64,000 bases of DNA from contig VRMN01000002.1 in assembly GCA_008690995.1 (NCBI GenBank), positions 1,984,001-2,048,000 of the forward strand, in the 5' to 3' direction. Below the pieces are notes generated by a model. The model did not search any database. It saw only the letters and a program-made list of their open reading frames with translations, and had not been told where the DNA came from. Positions 53,116 to 64,000 of the stretch are shown in pieces (positions within the stretch are counted from its first letter, which is position 1; every line of letters starts with the position of its first letter). Position numbers and translations under genes: made by a program. Source of the DNA: Porphyridium purpureum. Taxonomy: Eukaryota.

Positions 53116-56100
53116 ATGACCATGAGCGGGCATACGCAAGCACAGACGCACACGCACACACACACACAGACGCAGCTGCAGGCGCCGCATGACGCCGCCA
53201 GGATGAAGGCCCCCGCCGTCGTGCGCGGGCTGCATGAAAGTAGAAATGACTCGCTCGGAAGCCTGGTGGCGCTCGCCGAGCAGCACGTCGCGCGCGTGAC
53301 CGCGGGCCTTCCGGCGGCGCCGCTCTCGCCGCACATGGCGATGGAGGTCGACAAGCAGCGGAACGCCGACCTGTCACAGCCACAACTTGAGCAGACTCAG
53401 CGCAAAACGTCCATCCCGAGAACCTCGGACAGTATCAGCAACTTGGCGCGTGTCGCACGAAGCGCAGCTGCGAAGAGCAGCTCGGCATCGCAAACAGGCT
53501 CGGCGCTGGCGCGCTCAGGCAAGACCGGAGCTCGTCCCGCACAAGACGACAGTGACAGTCATGACGACGCGGACAGCGACGATTCGATGGGAGGCGCGGA
53601 CTTTGGATCTTCGTTGCCGTCTGGCGTCATCGACGGCGGCTTCTCGCTGGCGTCGCTTGCGGTCGGTAATGGTAGCATCGATGACCTGGCCGATAACCCG
53701 CGGCTGAAGAAGTCGCCCAGTGCCGAGTCCCTCACGCATGGCCTGTCGCGGGGCAGCCCCATCACGAACGACGAGCAGCCGTTCCCGAACAAGAAACGCA
53801 TGTTCAAGACAGACAGCGTGCAGATGCTCTCGCAGATGGCGCTCGAGACACACCATCACGCTGCATCGCCAGCAGGCGACCTGTCGATATCCAGAGCCAG
53901 CAAACTGGGCTCCCCAGATGGTCAGGCCGTCGACTTGTACATTGACGACGCGTCCTCGCAGGTTGGGCAGCTCGAGGCGAAGAAAGACTCGGTCACGGAT
54001 GCCATGGGCAGTGCTGGCGCGATTTTGAAGTGCGAGGACGCGTCCGGCAATACGCACGTGCAGACGGTCGAGCCCTCGCAGACCACGCTGGTGATCTCGG
54101 GGCTTGGTTTGGTGTCCGTAGATTTGGTCCCGTTGTTTGAAATGCCAGTTTGCGAGCTCAAGGAAGTATCACTCGTAGCCAACGCGCTCGAAACCATCAA
54201 TCTGACCCCGCTGTCGCGCTGCCGAAATCTCACCGCCCTGATGTTGAACGGCAACCGATTGACGGAGCTGGACCTCGAGCCGCTGCGCCACTGCACCAAG
54301 CTCGAGCGGCTGTGGATCCACAACAACAAGCTGAGCAACATTGACCTTGAGCCCTTATCCTCATGCGAGTCTTTGCGCTCCATGTACTTGGACTGCAACC
54401 AGATTGACACATCGCTCGATCTCAGTCCGTTGCAGAACTGCAAGCTACTGCGCTCGCTGCGGCTGACAGGCAACAAGCTTGCCGGCAGACTCGATATCAC
54501 GCCGCTGCTGCAGTGCGTCGGCCTCTCTGCTTTTGATGTAGGCGTGGGTATCAAACTTTACGCATACTACTTGCGGGAGCAAATGCCACTGCCGTCGGCA
54601 TTTAGAAGGAAGGCCAGCTCCATCGAGTGGGTTAAGCCCAAGTCGCCGCCAGGAGAAAGCGTCCATCACAACAGCAAGCGAATGGACGTGGATTCGCCAG
54701 CGCTGTCCCAAAGCCTCTCTGCATCTGCCGTGGCGGCGGCAGAAGCGTCTTCCGCTGGTATAGCTCCTGTGGACGGCCAGAATCAGCGAAACGTGCTGTC
54801 TCCGTCCAGTTCCAGGTCAATCACGCCCGTGTCCTTGTCTCCTGACGATTCGTCAAGCAGTCTTGGCTTTCTGAACGTGCATCAGCAGGTCGACGCAAGT
54901 GGGAATGTGCGGTACAGGGCGCTGCTGATCAACTTCCGATTAAGTGACTACTACTCCATCACCAAGCTTCTGGAATCAGAAGGCGGATTTGAGTGCACAG
55001 GAGTCACCGATATCCTGTACGACAAGACGGACGTTTCGCAGTATGCGTTGGCGGTCATCCAGTTGCGCGAGGGTAATGAGCTCGCGTCCGTGAAGGAGCT
55101 GAAGCGGTTGTGCGCGACGATGCCTATTGTCTTGGTCGGCGCAGGAAGAATGGCCGAGGTAGCGAGTACGTGTCTCCGACACGGCGCGGACCGTTTCATG
55201 GAGGAGCCTTTCGGGAAGCACTCGGTGGTTGCTGCGCGTGATTTGGTGCACCGGCGGCTTCGAAAAGGTGCGCAAGATGCTGCCGCAGCGGAGGCTACTG
55301 CGGCAGCAATAAGGGCAGGCGCATCGCCCGCATCCTCTGGTGGAGGGAAACATCACCAGCCAGGAGGAAGTCGTCACGCCAGGACGCCCTCGACCGCAGA
55401 AGCGGCTGCGGCGGCTGCGCATGCGGCGCGGAATCCTCACGCAGGCTCGGACGAGCACGGATGTTCTGGGCGCGCGGTAGACGACTTGAGGGCGTCAGGA
55501 AAGATTCCTCCTTTGTCAACCCTGCGTCGGACAGTTGTCGCGCCGTCTGGCGGCATCGGAGGGGTAGTGCGGAACAGGATGGAAAAGCCGGCCCTGGAAA
55601 AGATTTTTGCCCGCAGCGGCGGTGCAGTGAAGCGTGCTCAGTTTACACCAATTGCCACGCTTTGCGGACTGCCGGTCTGTGTAGCACCTCTGCTTTTCGA
55701 AGCCGCACGAGAATATGGTACCACCGCCGACAGCAGCAGCAATGGCGTCGGCGACAATGTCAAACACGGCGACGACCGTGTGCCGACCCACGTATTTATG
55801 AAGTTTTGGTTGGAGAAACTCCAGTCCCAGAATGGGGAGGGGAGGCTCGTAGAAATTCTGATGCACAGCAGCCGAGCAGAGAATGATGTGAATGGCAAGA
55901 ACACAATCGGCCTTGCCATGCACGGTTTTCGTGTAATTGCAGAAGGGCTCGTGAGGAACTTGCGCTCGCGTATTGGCGAAGGAAAGCACGTGGTGGATGC
56001 CGTGGTGAGCTTCTTGGTGTTTGGACTGCGAGGCTTGGCGCACCGAGGCATTCCGATCACAAAGATGGACCTGAAGAAGGCGAACTTTTGCGCGCGGCTG

Positions 56101-56724
56101 CTTGGCGCTGAGAGTGGCATGTACGAAGGCTCTGCAGCGCAACTTCGACCGGATCGTTTCTGCTCGGTGCGTTCAACGTTTGAGAACGCGTCTGGATGCA
56201 CAATTGAGGCACGGGGAGAGGCCGCCAGTGACGACTCGAATCGTTGCGTGCTGCGCTTGGACGCCATGATTGAATTTTGCCGCGAGCGCTCGCTGTTGAC
56301 ACCTCGCGGTGTGAAGGCCCTGTACGCATGCCACGTGCCGCGCACGCAGGACGGGATGAGGCTTCCGGACTTTGCGCGCTTTTGGGCCGCGACGAGCGAT
56401 TACAAAGTGGATGCATGCGTCGAGTATTTCTTTTTGCTACTTGATGTGGACATGGACGGCTACGTGAGCGCCGCTGATTCGTTTCACTTCTACTCGGAGA
56501 AGAAGAAGCTGATGGCTGACGAAGGGCTCGTGCTTGCTGATTTTTGGGATGTGTGGGTGGGTATTCTTGATTTGGTTTATCCGGCCGACAATGAGCTAGG
56601 TATAAGTTTGCACGAAATGCTGCGACTTTCTGAGAAGAACCGCGTGTATGTTATTCAGGCGCTTATGTTCCGCGAGTCCGAGTCAACCATTGACATTCGG
56701 CGAACATTGAGCAGCACGCTCTAA
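53116..56724 (+). CDS. Multidomain protein: LRR array + pseudo-receiver domain + PP2A B''-like EF-hand region
   Basis: About 6 LRRs (LxxLxLxxNxLxxLDLxPL) at about 54100-54540; a CheY-like alternating beta/alpha segment at about 54913-55250; and PR72-like DFARFW..VEYFFLLLDVDMDGYVS..FHFYSE..ILDLVYP near the C-terminus. Confidence 0.85.
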   Translation: MTMSGHTQAQTHTHTHTQTQLQAPHDAARMKAPAVVRGLHESRNDSLGSLVALAEQHVARVTAGLPAAPLSPHMAMEVDKQRNADLSQPQLEQTQRKTSIPRTSDSISNLARVARSAAAKSSSASQTGSALARSGKTGARPAQDDSDSHDDADSDDSMGGADFGSSLPSGVIDGGFSLASLAVGNGSIDDLADNPRLKKSPSAESLTHGLSRGSPITNDEQPFPNKKRMFKTDSVQMLSQMALETHHHAASPAGDLSISRASKLGSPDGQAVDLYIDDASSQVGQLEAKKDSVTDAMGSAGAILKCEDASGNTHVQTVEPSQTTLVISGLGLVSVDLVPLFEMPVCELKEVSLVANALETINLTPLSRCRNLTALMLNGNRLTELDLEPLRHCTKLERLWIHNNKLSNIDLEPLSSCESLRSMYLDCNQIDTSLDLSPLQNCKLLRSLRLTGNKLAGRLDITPLLQCVGLSAFDVGVGIKLYAYYLREQMPLPSAFRRKASSIEWVKPKSPPGESVHHNSKRMDVDSPALSQSLSASAVAAAEASSAGIAPVDGQNQRNVLSPSSSRSITPVSLSPDDSSSSLGFLNVHQQVDASGNVRYRALLINFRLSDYYSITKLLESEGGFECTGVTDILYDKTDVSQYALAVIQLREGNELASVKELKRLCATMPIVLVGAGRMAEVASTCLRHGADRFMEEPFGKHSVVAARDLVHRRLRKGAQDAAAAEATAAAIRAGASPASSGGGKHHQPGGSRHARTPSTAEAAAAAAHAARNPHAGSDEHGCSGRAVDDLRASGKIPPLSTLRRTVVAPSGGIGGVVRNRMEKPALEKIFARSGGAVKRAQFTPIATLCGLPVCVAPLLFEAAREYGTTADSSSNGVGDNVKHGDDRVPTHVFMKFWLEKLQSQNGEGRLVEILMHSSRAENDVNGKNTIGLAMHGFRVIAEGLVRNLRSRIGEGKHVVDAVVSFLVFGLRGLAHRGIPITKMDLKKANFCARLLGAESGMYEGSAAQLRPDRFCSVRSTFENASGCTIEARGEAASDDSNRCVLRLDAMIEFCRERSLLTPRGVKALYACHVPRTQDGMRLPDFARFWAATSDYKVDACVEYFFLLLDVDMDGYVSAADSFHFYSEKKKLMADEGLVLADFWDVWVGILDLVYPADNELGISLHEMLRLSEKNRVYVIQALMFRESESTIDIRRTLSSTL

Positions 56725-56915
56725 CTGGCATGATTGCGCAGGTTCCCGGATCGGGTGCAATCGATAATTCCGTGAGATCATGTAGCTCTGGAGTCGCGCC
56801 CTCTCGTCGAGCGACAGGTATGGGGGCGCGACAGAATCGACACGATTTAGTTAATTGTTGGGGTGTCTGTCTTCTCTTTTGTTTGTACAATAAATTTGAG
56901 TCCTTAGCGGAAGCC

Positions 56916-59207
56916 TCAATTCGGAAATAAGCTTGTGGGATGGGACGCGACGGCTGCATCGCTTGGACTACGCAAGAACAAACTGTCGCCTCTTGGGGAT
57001 GCTCCTCGAGCACAGTCGCCAGGGCTCGCCAGCCAGAAGGAGCTGTTGAATTGCGTTTGCATGAAATCTGTCTGTCTATGGTCATGGTCGTGCACCAGGT
57101 TTGATGGCATGCCTGCTTCACTGCCCGGACCCGCAATCCGATCGCTACTGCGGGCAACTGAACGCTGCAACACCGCATCAAGGAAGGAGTTTGTCGTGCT
57201 ACCTTCATTCCGATTCGCACCCACCGCGAGCCACAAGTCCGATGAAAAAGCCGGCATGTCTTCGCGAGCTTCTCCTTCGGTTTGATGATGTTGTGGATCG
57301 AATTCTGCTGGAGCTTCCAAATTTGCGTGCTCCTGTTCAAATAAGAGAAGACCCGCACGAGACGTGGTACTATGTCCAAGGTCCTGCACATGATCTCGCC
57401 GCATCAGGCGCTCGCGCTGCTGTCGTTGTGAATCTTGCGCCCGTGCAGGGGCTGCTGCAAAGGCAGAGTCGAGAAAGTCAACACGGCTGGCTTCACGTGC
57501 AAAAGTCGTATTCTCGCCTTCACCATTCTCCAAAAAGACCACAAACTCGCCCGCATTGCCCTTCAATGGCTCGGGCGGTGGCGATTCGAAGCGGTACAGC
57601 AATCTGAACATGCGTGGCTGGCCTTGATGGACAAAAGCCGAGTGAACGGTTCCGGTTACGCGACTGAATCCGCACTCTTTCGAAGGATCAAGTTGGACGA
57701 TATGCAGCCGCTTGCCAGAGGACACCAATACCTCTTTCCATTTTGACTCGAGGTGCACCTCCAACCCAGAAATGGTGTGCGTGCCTTTAACCCGCACAAG
57801 CAGCTTTGGATTCTGCTTAACGGGACGCAGAAGGGACGCATCGATTTCACTGAAGGGCAGAACCTGTACACTGAGCATCTCAGCGGCCATAGTATGCTTG
57901 GACGCATCGCTATGCTGAATGGTATGCGAATCTAGTCGTTGCCTCGTCTCCTTGTGCTCCATCTGCGGTCGACTGGCAGAAACCAGAATGCGCGTTGAGG
58001 GCTGCAGGGACTGCTCACGACTCTCGCAGTCTTTCTTCATACGCTGCTCCGGGCATTGAATGGCTTTTTTCTGCTGCTTCGCTTCTTCCTCTTCAATATT
58101 TAGTTCCGCTTCCGAGCTCGTTGCATCCACTCCGACGCGCTTCCTCTTGAGACTTACCGGTGGTGCGCAAATCCTGTTCGCAACAGAATCGCTTTCTTCC
58201 AGGGTTGATAGCGTTTTCATTTCGAATTCAATTATCGCTTGGTTGAGCTGCGTTTCCAAAAATCCATTGATGTCTTTGTACCCGCTTTCCCTCAGCGCTT
58301 TGAGGATGTGCTTGCGCGCCCGGTCGTACCGACTACGCACTTGCTCTTTTGAGCGCGTGCCAATGAAAGTCGCAAGCCGGCTAATCTGTTTGCCGTACAT
58401 TCGCAGACCATCAAGGTACCGCTGCAGCTCGCTCCGTGTCCAGGTTTTGTATTTCAGAACCTGTCCGAAGAAACGCTGTTGGTTGACCAGTTGTGAAGAC
58501 GCACGGCAAGCAGAGGTTGACTTGGCATCAGTCTCCATCGAGCTTTCATCATTCCTCCTGCGCACACACGGAGCTGCGACCTGCGCAGCGCCAGACGCGG
58601 CTGCGCTATGTCCCACGGAAAAAGAGGATTGTGAACCACCCTTAAGTACACCGCTAAGACCCGTTGACGCTTGTGACTCGACCTCTCCGTGAACTACCCT
58701 GCAATCTGCCGCGCTCCGTTCCGAATCAAAGCGCGCGCGCTTGCGCACAACCTCGATTGCTAGCCTCTCGTGTCCAGTGTCGACTTGAGCCCTTTGCGTG
58801 TTCCAATCCTTTTCTGGACCTGCATTCATTTCTTGCTTGTGTCTACTGCGCCCCTCCATACAGCTGCGTCCGCTCTCGCGCGACGAGGATGCGCTAGACG
58901 CATGCTCCTCACCCGTGCTGCTTGGTTCTTCTTCGCGTATCCTTTGCAGAAGCCCCTTGAACGTGGTCTCACTTGACGTCGCACAAGAGTTGAGTTGCGT
59001 GCCGGCACCGTCATACTGCTCCTGCTCATGAGCCGCGCGACCCTCGTCCAGTTCGACTTCGTGCCCGCGCGCGGCCCAAGCACTCATGCGCTCCTGCGTG
59101 CGCTCGCCCACAGCAAACGCGCTCTCAGCAAACAACCCATCCCAGGTCACCCCACCGCCGCCGCCAGCAGCAGCAGCACCAGCGGCGGCAGCACCAGCAC
59201 TATCCAT
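56916..59207 (-). CDS. SANT/Myb-domain protein, CRAMP1/Cramped/TKI1-like
   Basis: WTRSELQRYLDGLRMYGKQ..IGTRSKEQVRSRY is a SANT domain. VQVLP..QNPKLLVRV..ISGLEVHLESKW resembles the Cramped/TKI1 conserved block. First ATG at 59207. Confidence 0.72.
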   Translation of the reverse strand: MDSAGAAAAGAAAAGGGGGVTWDGLFAESAFAVGERTQERMSAWAARGHEVELDEGRAAHEQEQYDGAGTQLNSCATSSETTFKGLLQRIREEEPSSTGEEHASSASSSRESGRSCMEGRSRHKQEMNAGPEKDWNTQRAQVDTGHERLAIEVVRKRARFDSERSAADCRVVHGEVESQASTGLSGVLKGGSQSSFSVGHSAAASGAAQVAAPCVRRRNDESSMETDAKSTSACRASSQLVNQQRFFGQVLKYKTWTRSELQRYLDGLRMYGKQISRLATFIGTRSKEQVRSRYDRARKHILKALRESGYKDINGFLETQLNQAIIEFEMKTLSTLEESDSVANRICAPPVSLKRKRVGVDATSSEAELNIEEEEAKQQKKAIQCPEQRMKKDCESREQSLQPSTRILVSASRPQMEHKETRQRLDSHTIQHSDASKHTMAAEMLSVQVLPFSEIDASLLRPVKQNPKLLVRVKGTHTISGLEVHLESKWKEVLVSSGKRLHIVQLDPSKECGFSRVTGTVHSAFVHQGQPRMFRLLYRFESPPPEPLKGNAGEFVVFLENGEGENTTFAREASRVDFLDSAFAAAPARAQDSQRQQRERLMRRDHVQDLGHSTTSRAGLLLFEQEHANLEAPAEFDPQHHQTEGEAREDMPAFSSDLWLAVGANRNEGSTTNSFLDAVLQRSVARSSDRIAGPGSEAGMPSNLVHDHDHRQTDFMQTQFNSSFWLASPGDCARGASPRGDSLFLRSPSDAAVASHPTSLFPN

Positions 59208-60706
59208 CACGCGCGCCGTCCAACCCCTTTCACCCACGCACCGTCGCAACCCGTCTCCACCCAACACTGCCAGCACCGCGACCCACGACTCGCACGCCCG
59301 GCACCACGCGCCACGCACGGCGTCCAAACCACGTACCCAAGCACGCACCCCCCGCGCTTCTCGCTACTCGTCCCCTCTCCCGCACACACACACGCGCTCC
59401 TCTCCTCCCTCCGCGTCACGCGCATCCAGCGCCGCTGCTCAGCCGCCAGCCTTCAGCCATCCTTCCCGCGCGCCGCGCCAATCCCCTCACAGCCCAAACT
59501 CTCGCGCCGCACGGTCATCCCGCGTGCGCCAGTTCCGCGTTTTCGCGCTTTCCCCCGCCGTTTCGGTTTTTTCGGTTTCTCTTTCGGTTTCTCGCGCGCA
59601 ATATTTGGCGCCATTGCAGCTGTACTTCCTACTGAACACACGGAGAAGAGTGGCGGAAACATTTGGCGTCGCGTCGTTGCTTGGGTCCCGGAGCTGTGGC
59701 ACGACGGTCATGTTGCCTCCCAAACCGGGTCGCCGCGACAGTACATCATGGGCGGCGCACTGCATTTCATACTCACGTTCATGTAACCGTACAGGATTGC
59801 ACCGCACGCGCGGCACTGCCAGACCTCGGCGTTGTACAGATGGGTTGCGCTGGTTTTGTAGGTGATGGAGGGCGTGCGCGTGCGCCTGTACTCATCTTTA
59901 ACCAGCAATGGCTTGCAGTCTCGCTCGCGCGTGTTGAATTGCAGCCATGAGTACATGCGCTTGTGGGCACCCAGTACGCCGTCTAATGCGCGGCCTGAAG
60001 GCAGATCCTGTCGGACACCTCCGAGTTGGGCAGAACGATGACGTCGTGCTAGCGCACGGGGAACGCGACCTGTAGCTTCTGCACCTTTTACACGCGTCTT
60101 CGTGCGTGCTTTGCGATACGGCACAGGACAGAGCGAATGCATGCGTTTTGCCAACGAATCCGTACTGGAATCCGTCCTGTCCAGGCACACCACGCCGGCA
60201 CGTCGCCGCGCGGCTCTGGGCCCCGTCAAACATCATATGAAAGAAAGTGCGCTCGCCTGCGCCCAGCGGCACAAATGGGCGCGCAGTGCAGTTGGGAGTC
60301 CATCTCCATGGGGACGCACGCGATACCCGCGGCGCGAGCCGTCCACATCAGGCCGTCTACAGCCGCATGCTGTTCGGCCGGATCGTCGCATTCGCCACCA
60401 TCTGCACCATCACGTCCCGGTCCCTCGCTGGGCGCTGGTGTTCCTTCTTTTGTTGCAGAGATCGCGAGGGGCCGCTCTCCTTGGCTTCTCCAACCACATG
60501 GATTCGCGTCACTCCAGTACGACTTCGAGATGCCCCTCTTCACATGAGCCTCGGACCACGCGGCGGGCACAGTTACACGGAGCACCGATCGGTCGCACTT
60601 GCTTTCGGAAGTGTGTATCTCTGCGTCGACTTACGAGAGCGCGAGCATCGCGGCTGGCGCCTGAGCGCGCGCGCGCGCACGCGTGCGTACGGGGTGAAGG
60701 AGTCGG

Positions 60707-63700
60707 ATGGCGCTGGATGTAGATTGTAGAAGGGTCATGTGGCGTTCAGCAGCAGAGCAAGGTTCGGAGCGATGGCAGATGGATGGAGCGTCTCGTCTGG
60801 TGTACTTTGAGCATGAAGGACGTGAGGCGTGCGCTGAGATGCGGTGCCGCGTACATGCGGATGTGGAGCATCAAGATCGGCGCGGCGCGCAAGCAAGGAA
60901 CGAAAATAGCAATTCGTGCGCCGGGGTAATGCACTGGCGTGCTGGACGCTGGACGCGCGCCAGGCTTCTCAGTGGCAAATTGCCGTATCCGTTTCTCAAG
61001 TCGTGTTCCGCGCATGAGTCTCACGATCATCCACCTGTGTCACGGAAAGACTTTCAGCATGCGGCTCTTGCTCCACAGTCATCTGCGTCCGAGCGTGCAC
61101 CAAGTCAGGATCCAGGATACAGTGGCCAAACGCAACGGACCGCGCACGCGCTCCGCCGGGAGCGTGATTTCCGGTCGCATGATGCGTCCACCGGATTGTG
61201 CCAGAGTGTGGTCGCAACGCGCTTTGCCAACGGAAGTGATTTCTTGGCACCTGCATCCAGTGCCGTGATCGCATCATTCGGAACGGAACTCGTCGTGCTT
61301 GATGAATCAGGCGAGTTGTACTCTATTGATGTGGAGTCACTGGACTTTTCTGTAGATCCTGGTACCGCCGTGGCAGATCCAACCCTGGAAATCACCCGTG
61401 TTACTCGTGTATCGGCCATTTTCGCAGCACCCCGTGGCGTGGTCCTTGAATGTGACGCGGAACTTCGTGCAACGTCGTGCGCCCCGAAAAAGCTGAAGAG
61501 CAAGTTACATCTCCTGCTTCCGCACCCGCTTGAACGGCCGAGCCTGGTCGTTGGCCTAGCCGGTTTTCAGGAAGTGCTGCTGCTCGACTTGAGGCTGAAT
61601 CTCATGGTGACATGGAATCGTACTCTCGGCACGGTTGGCATCTGGCAAATGCACTTTCTTTCGGAAGGTCGCAGCGCGTGCTCGCTGCGTGTGTTCCGGG
61701 TCTTTGAAGCCGCGGATCACCTCCCAGAGCCACAGCGTGGCGAATCAGCTTCGCCACCGTCCGTGTGCTTTTCTCATTCGTTTAAAGGCGAGGCGCTTTT
61801 TGCGTGCTTGATAGGAGGTGTCGTATCTGTTTACGAAATCGTGTGTACTTCTGACCGCGACATGGCCTTTTTCGAACGCAGTCGGTTGCAGGACAGTGAT
61901 GATGAGTTCGTCGCTGTTGCCTCTATTGTTGCATCACGACACGACGCCCTTGATATGCTGGTTTTGCGCAAGTCGGGGGCGCTGGACCTTTACATTGGTG
62001 GCTCGTGCGTTGTCCCTGGGGTGAATCATTTGTTGCACCTCCCATTTGAGAACCGCGAAGGAGAGCAGCGTATTCCAGTCTTCACAGGGTTCAGAAATCC
62101 TGTGCGGTCTCGAATAACACTGATTTGCTCGGATGAGCGGGCGTTGCGGATTAATATGGCGCGCCTCATGCCGCACACAGATGCCATCCGTGACCTCGTG
62201 CATACGCTCGGCCTTTGTTTACCGACGGACGCCATGACGCAGTTGTGGGGCGACTTTCTTACCCGCCGGCTAAAATATGGGCTCGATGACAGCGCTGACG
62301 TGGAGAGTCGCTTCTCTGAATGGAAAATTCTCTCGTTATGTGTTCTATTCTTCCTTCCTGCTGAGACTCGAAACTTGCCGCGATTTGCGCATGCTTTGCA
62401 AGCCGTCAGGAGCGCTCCTGGGATTGAAGCGCGACGCATTGCTGTTGAACCAGGAAGTGTTCCTGACCACGTCCCTGCGTATACCGTCGACGTATGTCGC
62501 GCGGATGCATTCACCGTGCTATATGCTTTGCATCTGCACTATGAGCAGAGTCGGATCTCGCGCCTGCGGTCTCACGAGCGCTCGCAGTGGCACGCAGTAT
62601 GCTCGTGGTACGCTTACGTACTCGATGAAAATGTGTTTCTCATACACTACGAGACACACGCTCCCATACCCTGTCCGTGGAATCCAGAGAAGCAAGATAG
62701 ACGTCCAGGTGCCGCTGCGGCCACTGTGAATGTACCAGACAGTACTGCACACCTTCTTGCGTGCTTTACAGGGCGGGCGAGGCGGGATTATGTGTTTCCG
62801 AACGTGTGTGCGACGCAAAACACATCCTTTCGTTCCGACCCAGAGTATATCCCCGACGGGATGCGGTATTCTACCACTCACCTGACATACCGCCTGTGCC
62901 GCGTGGCCGACGCATACGCACGGGAGGGTCCACGCAGCATGCTTCTCGCACTATACGAGCACGGCTTTAGTCTGGAAGCGATTCACGCGCTTGATCTGTC
63001 CATTATGCTTCCCATCAAGGATGCTCTGTGGCAATTCCGGGAACAAGACAACGCGAATGGGAATGCCTCTGTCGAAATGAGAAACTCCTGTTCCGGTTTC
63101 GCCAAATCGGAAAGTCATCGACCCCTGCCAGAGCAAGCGTACGTTTTGATTCAACGCGAGGATTTTCTGCAGAGCTCAGCTTCGGGGAGCGCACACCATG
63201 CTGCCGTCGGAACGGGAGCTAGAACGGCAACTCCAATGCTTCCTGGCCATGGCATGCTGAAACTTCACACACTTTACAGTTCTAGTACCGTTCAACCCGG
63301 CTTGCACAACGGCGCGGCACGGTTTGCAGCAGATCATCGATTGGCAGAGGTCGCGAGCATGCTCGACAGCAGCCGACCGGTGGTGTTTCATAAGCCAGTA
63401 GCGTCGGCGGCTGCCGTTGCGGACGACGAAGTGACATTTGAGAACCAAAATCGCCTCTTGCTCCTTCTACGACGCCATCTGGCATATCCTGTAGGTCGCG
63501 GTGCAATGTTGCTCGGTTCGAGCGTTTCTCGCACACTGGAACTAGTCGAACCGCTTCATGTGCCAGAGCTATGTCTTTCCGGGCTTGTGCCGGGAGGCAG
63601 CAGAAGCAGTGGTGGCTGGACTGGAATCGCTGGGGATGGGACTGGAGGGGGCGCGCTGATAGCACTCGATCAGAGTCCACTGCCTCCAAATTTCCTTGAG

Positions 63701-64000
63701 TGGGTTGAGTTTCATAATGGTGCAGCTGCGGGACTGTGTCTCGGCTCTGCGGATCCGAGAAAGGACGCCATGGTATCTCGGTCGTGGATTATGACCAATC
63801 GCCCGAACCCACGATCCGATCGGCGTCGCGCGGCTGCGCACGCAGGCGTCCTGCTGGCTCTTGGCCTGACGGGGCACCTACCAGCGCTCAAGCGCACTGA
63901 CTGGTATCAATATCTCACACAACAACACGAGCTGACGACGATTGCGTTGATGCTCGGCGTGGCTTCGCACAAGCGCGGCAGCATGGACGCAGTCACTTCG
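60707..64000 (+). CDS. APC1: Anaphase-promoting complex subunit 1, 5' part (runs off right edge)
   Basis: Manual translation gives RFAADHRLAEVASMLDSSRP, YPVGRG, WVEFHNGAAAGL, SWIMTNRP, HAGVLLALGLTGHL and HELTTIALMLGVASHKRGSMD (PC repeats). First in-frame ATG after an upstream TGA is 60707. The track has no closed ORF in this frame, consistent with one open frame; not every codon was checked. Confidence 0.92.
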   Translation, partial: MALDVDCRRVMWRSAAEQGSERWQMDGASRLVYFEHEGREACAEMRCRVHADVEHQDRRGAQARNENSNSCAGVMHWRAGRWTRARLLSGKLPYPFLKSCSAHESHDHPPVSRKDFQHAALAPQSSASERAPSQDPGYSGQTQRTAHALRRERDFRSHDASTGLCQSVVATRFANGSDFLAPASSAVIASFGTELVVLDESGELYSIDVESLDFSVDPGTAVADPTLEITRVTRVSAIFAAPRGVVLECDAELRATSCAPKKLKSKLHLLLPHPLERPSLVVGLAGFQEVLLLDLRLNLMVTWNRTLGTVGIWQMHFLSEGRSACSLRVFRVFEAADHLPEPQRGESASPPSVCFSHSFKGEALFACLIGGVVSVYEIVCTSDRDMAFFERSRLQDSDDEFVAVASIVASRHDALDMLVLRKSGALDLYIGGSCVVPGVNHLLHLPFENREGEQRIPVFTGFRNPVRSRITLICSDERALRINMARLMPHTDAIRDLVHTLGLCLPTDAMTQLWGDFLTRRLKYGLDDSADVESRFSEWKILSLCVLFFLPAETRNLPRFAHALQAVRSAPGIEARRIAVEPGSVPDHVPAYTVDVCRADAFTVLYALHLHYEQSRISRLRSHERSQWHAVCSWYAYVLDENVFLIHYETHAPIPCPWNPEKQDRRPGAAAATVNVPDSTAHLLACFTGRARRDYVFPNVCATQNTSFRSDPEYIPDGMRYSTTHLTYRLCRVADAYAREGPRSMLLALYEHGFSLEAIHALDLSIMLPIKDALWQFREQDNANGNASVEMRNSCSGFAKSESHRPLPEQAYVLIQREDFLQSSASGSAHHAAVGTGARTATPMLPGHGMLKLHTLYSSSTVQPGLHNGAARFAADHRLAEVASMLDSSRPVVFHKPVASAAAVADDEVTFENQNRLLLLLRRHLAYPVGRGAMLLGSSVSRTLELVEPLHVPELCLSGLVPGGSRSSGGWTGIAGDGTGGGALIALDQSPLPPNFLEWVEFHNGAAAGLCLGSADPRKDAMVSRSWIMTNRPNPRSDRRRAAAHAGVLLALGLTGHLPALKRTDWYQYLTQQHELTTIALMLGVASHKRGSMDAVTS

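Noticed and set aside
59350..60700. Several overlapping 100-260 aa ORFs, one with a CRACG motif
   Set aside because: Low-complexity or unrecognisable and mutually overlapping; no single coding frame can be supported.

Overview
Gene-dense, intron-poor, GC-rich eukaryotic nuclear DNA, most consistent with a unicellular red alga such as a Porphyridium-like organism. This assignment is inferred from plastid-type transit peptides with an early Phe, an isoamylase without a transit peptide (cytosolic starch), a cytochrome-b5 front-end desaturase and rare 113-150 nt GT[A/G]CGT..AG introns. I can support about 34 protein-coding genes, mostly housekeeping. Four are absent or fragmented in the ORF track and were rebuilt by hand: YchF and APC1 run off the window edges, and HSBP1 and SPO11 are spliced. 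DPM2 is hidden in a read-through ORF. The most unusual items are (1) a 1202-aa protein fusing LRRs, a pseudo-receiver (CheY-like) domain and a PP2A B''-type EF-hand region; (2) a tRNA-Gly(GCC) gene with two insertions, one in the D-arm; (3) GON4L-like and CRAMP1-like genes; (4) an actinobacterial-looking DusB; and (5) a near-constant 61-64 nt branch-point-to-acceptor spacing in four introns. No CRISPR array, rRNA or recognisable transposon was seen. All family calls come from motif recognition by eye, not database searches.
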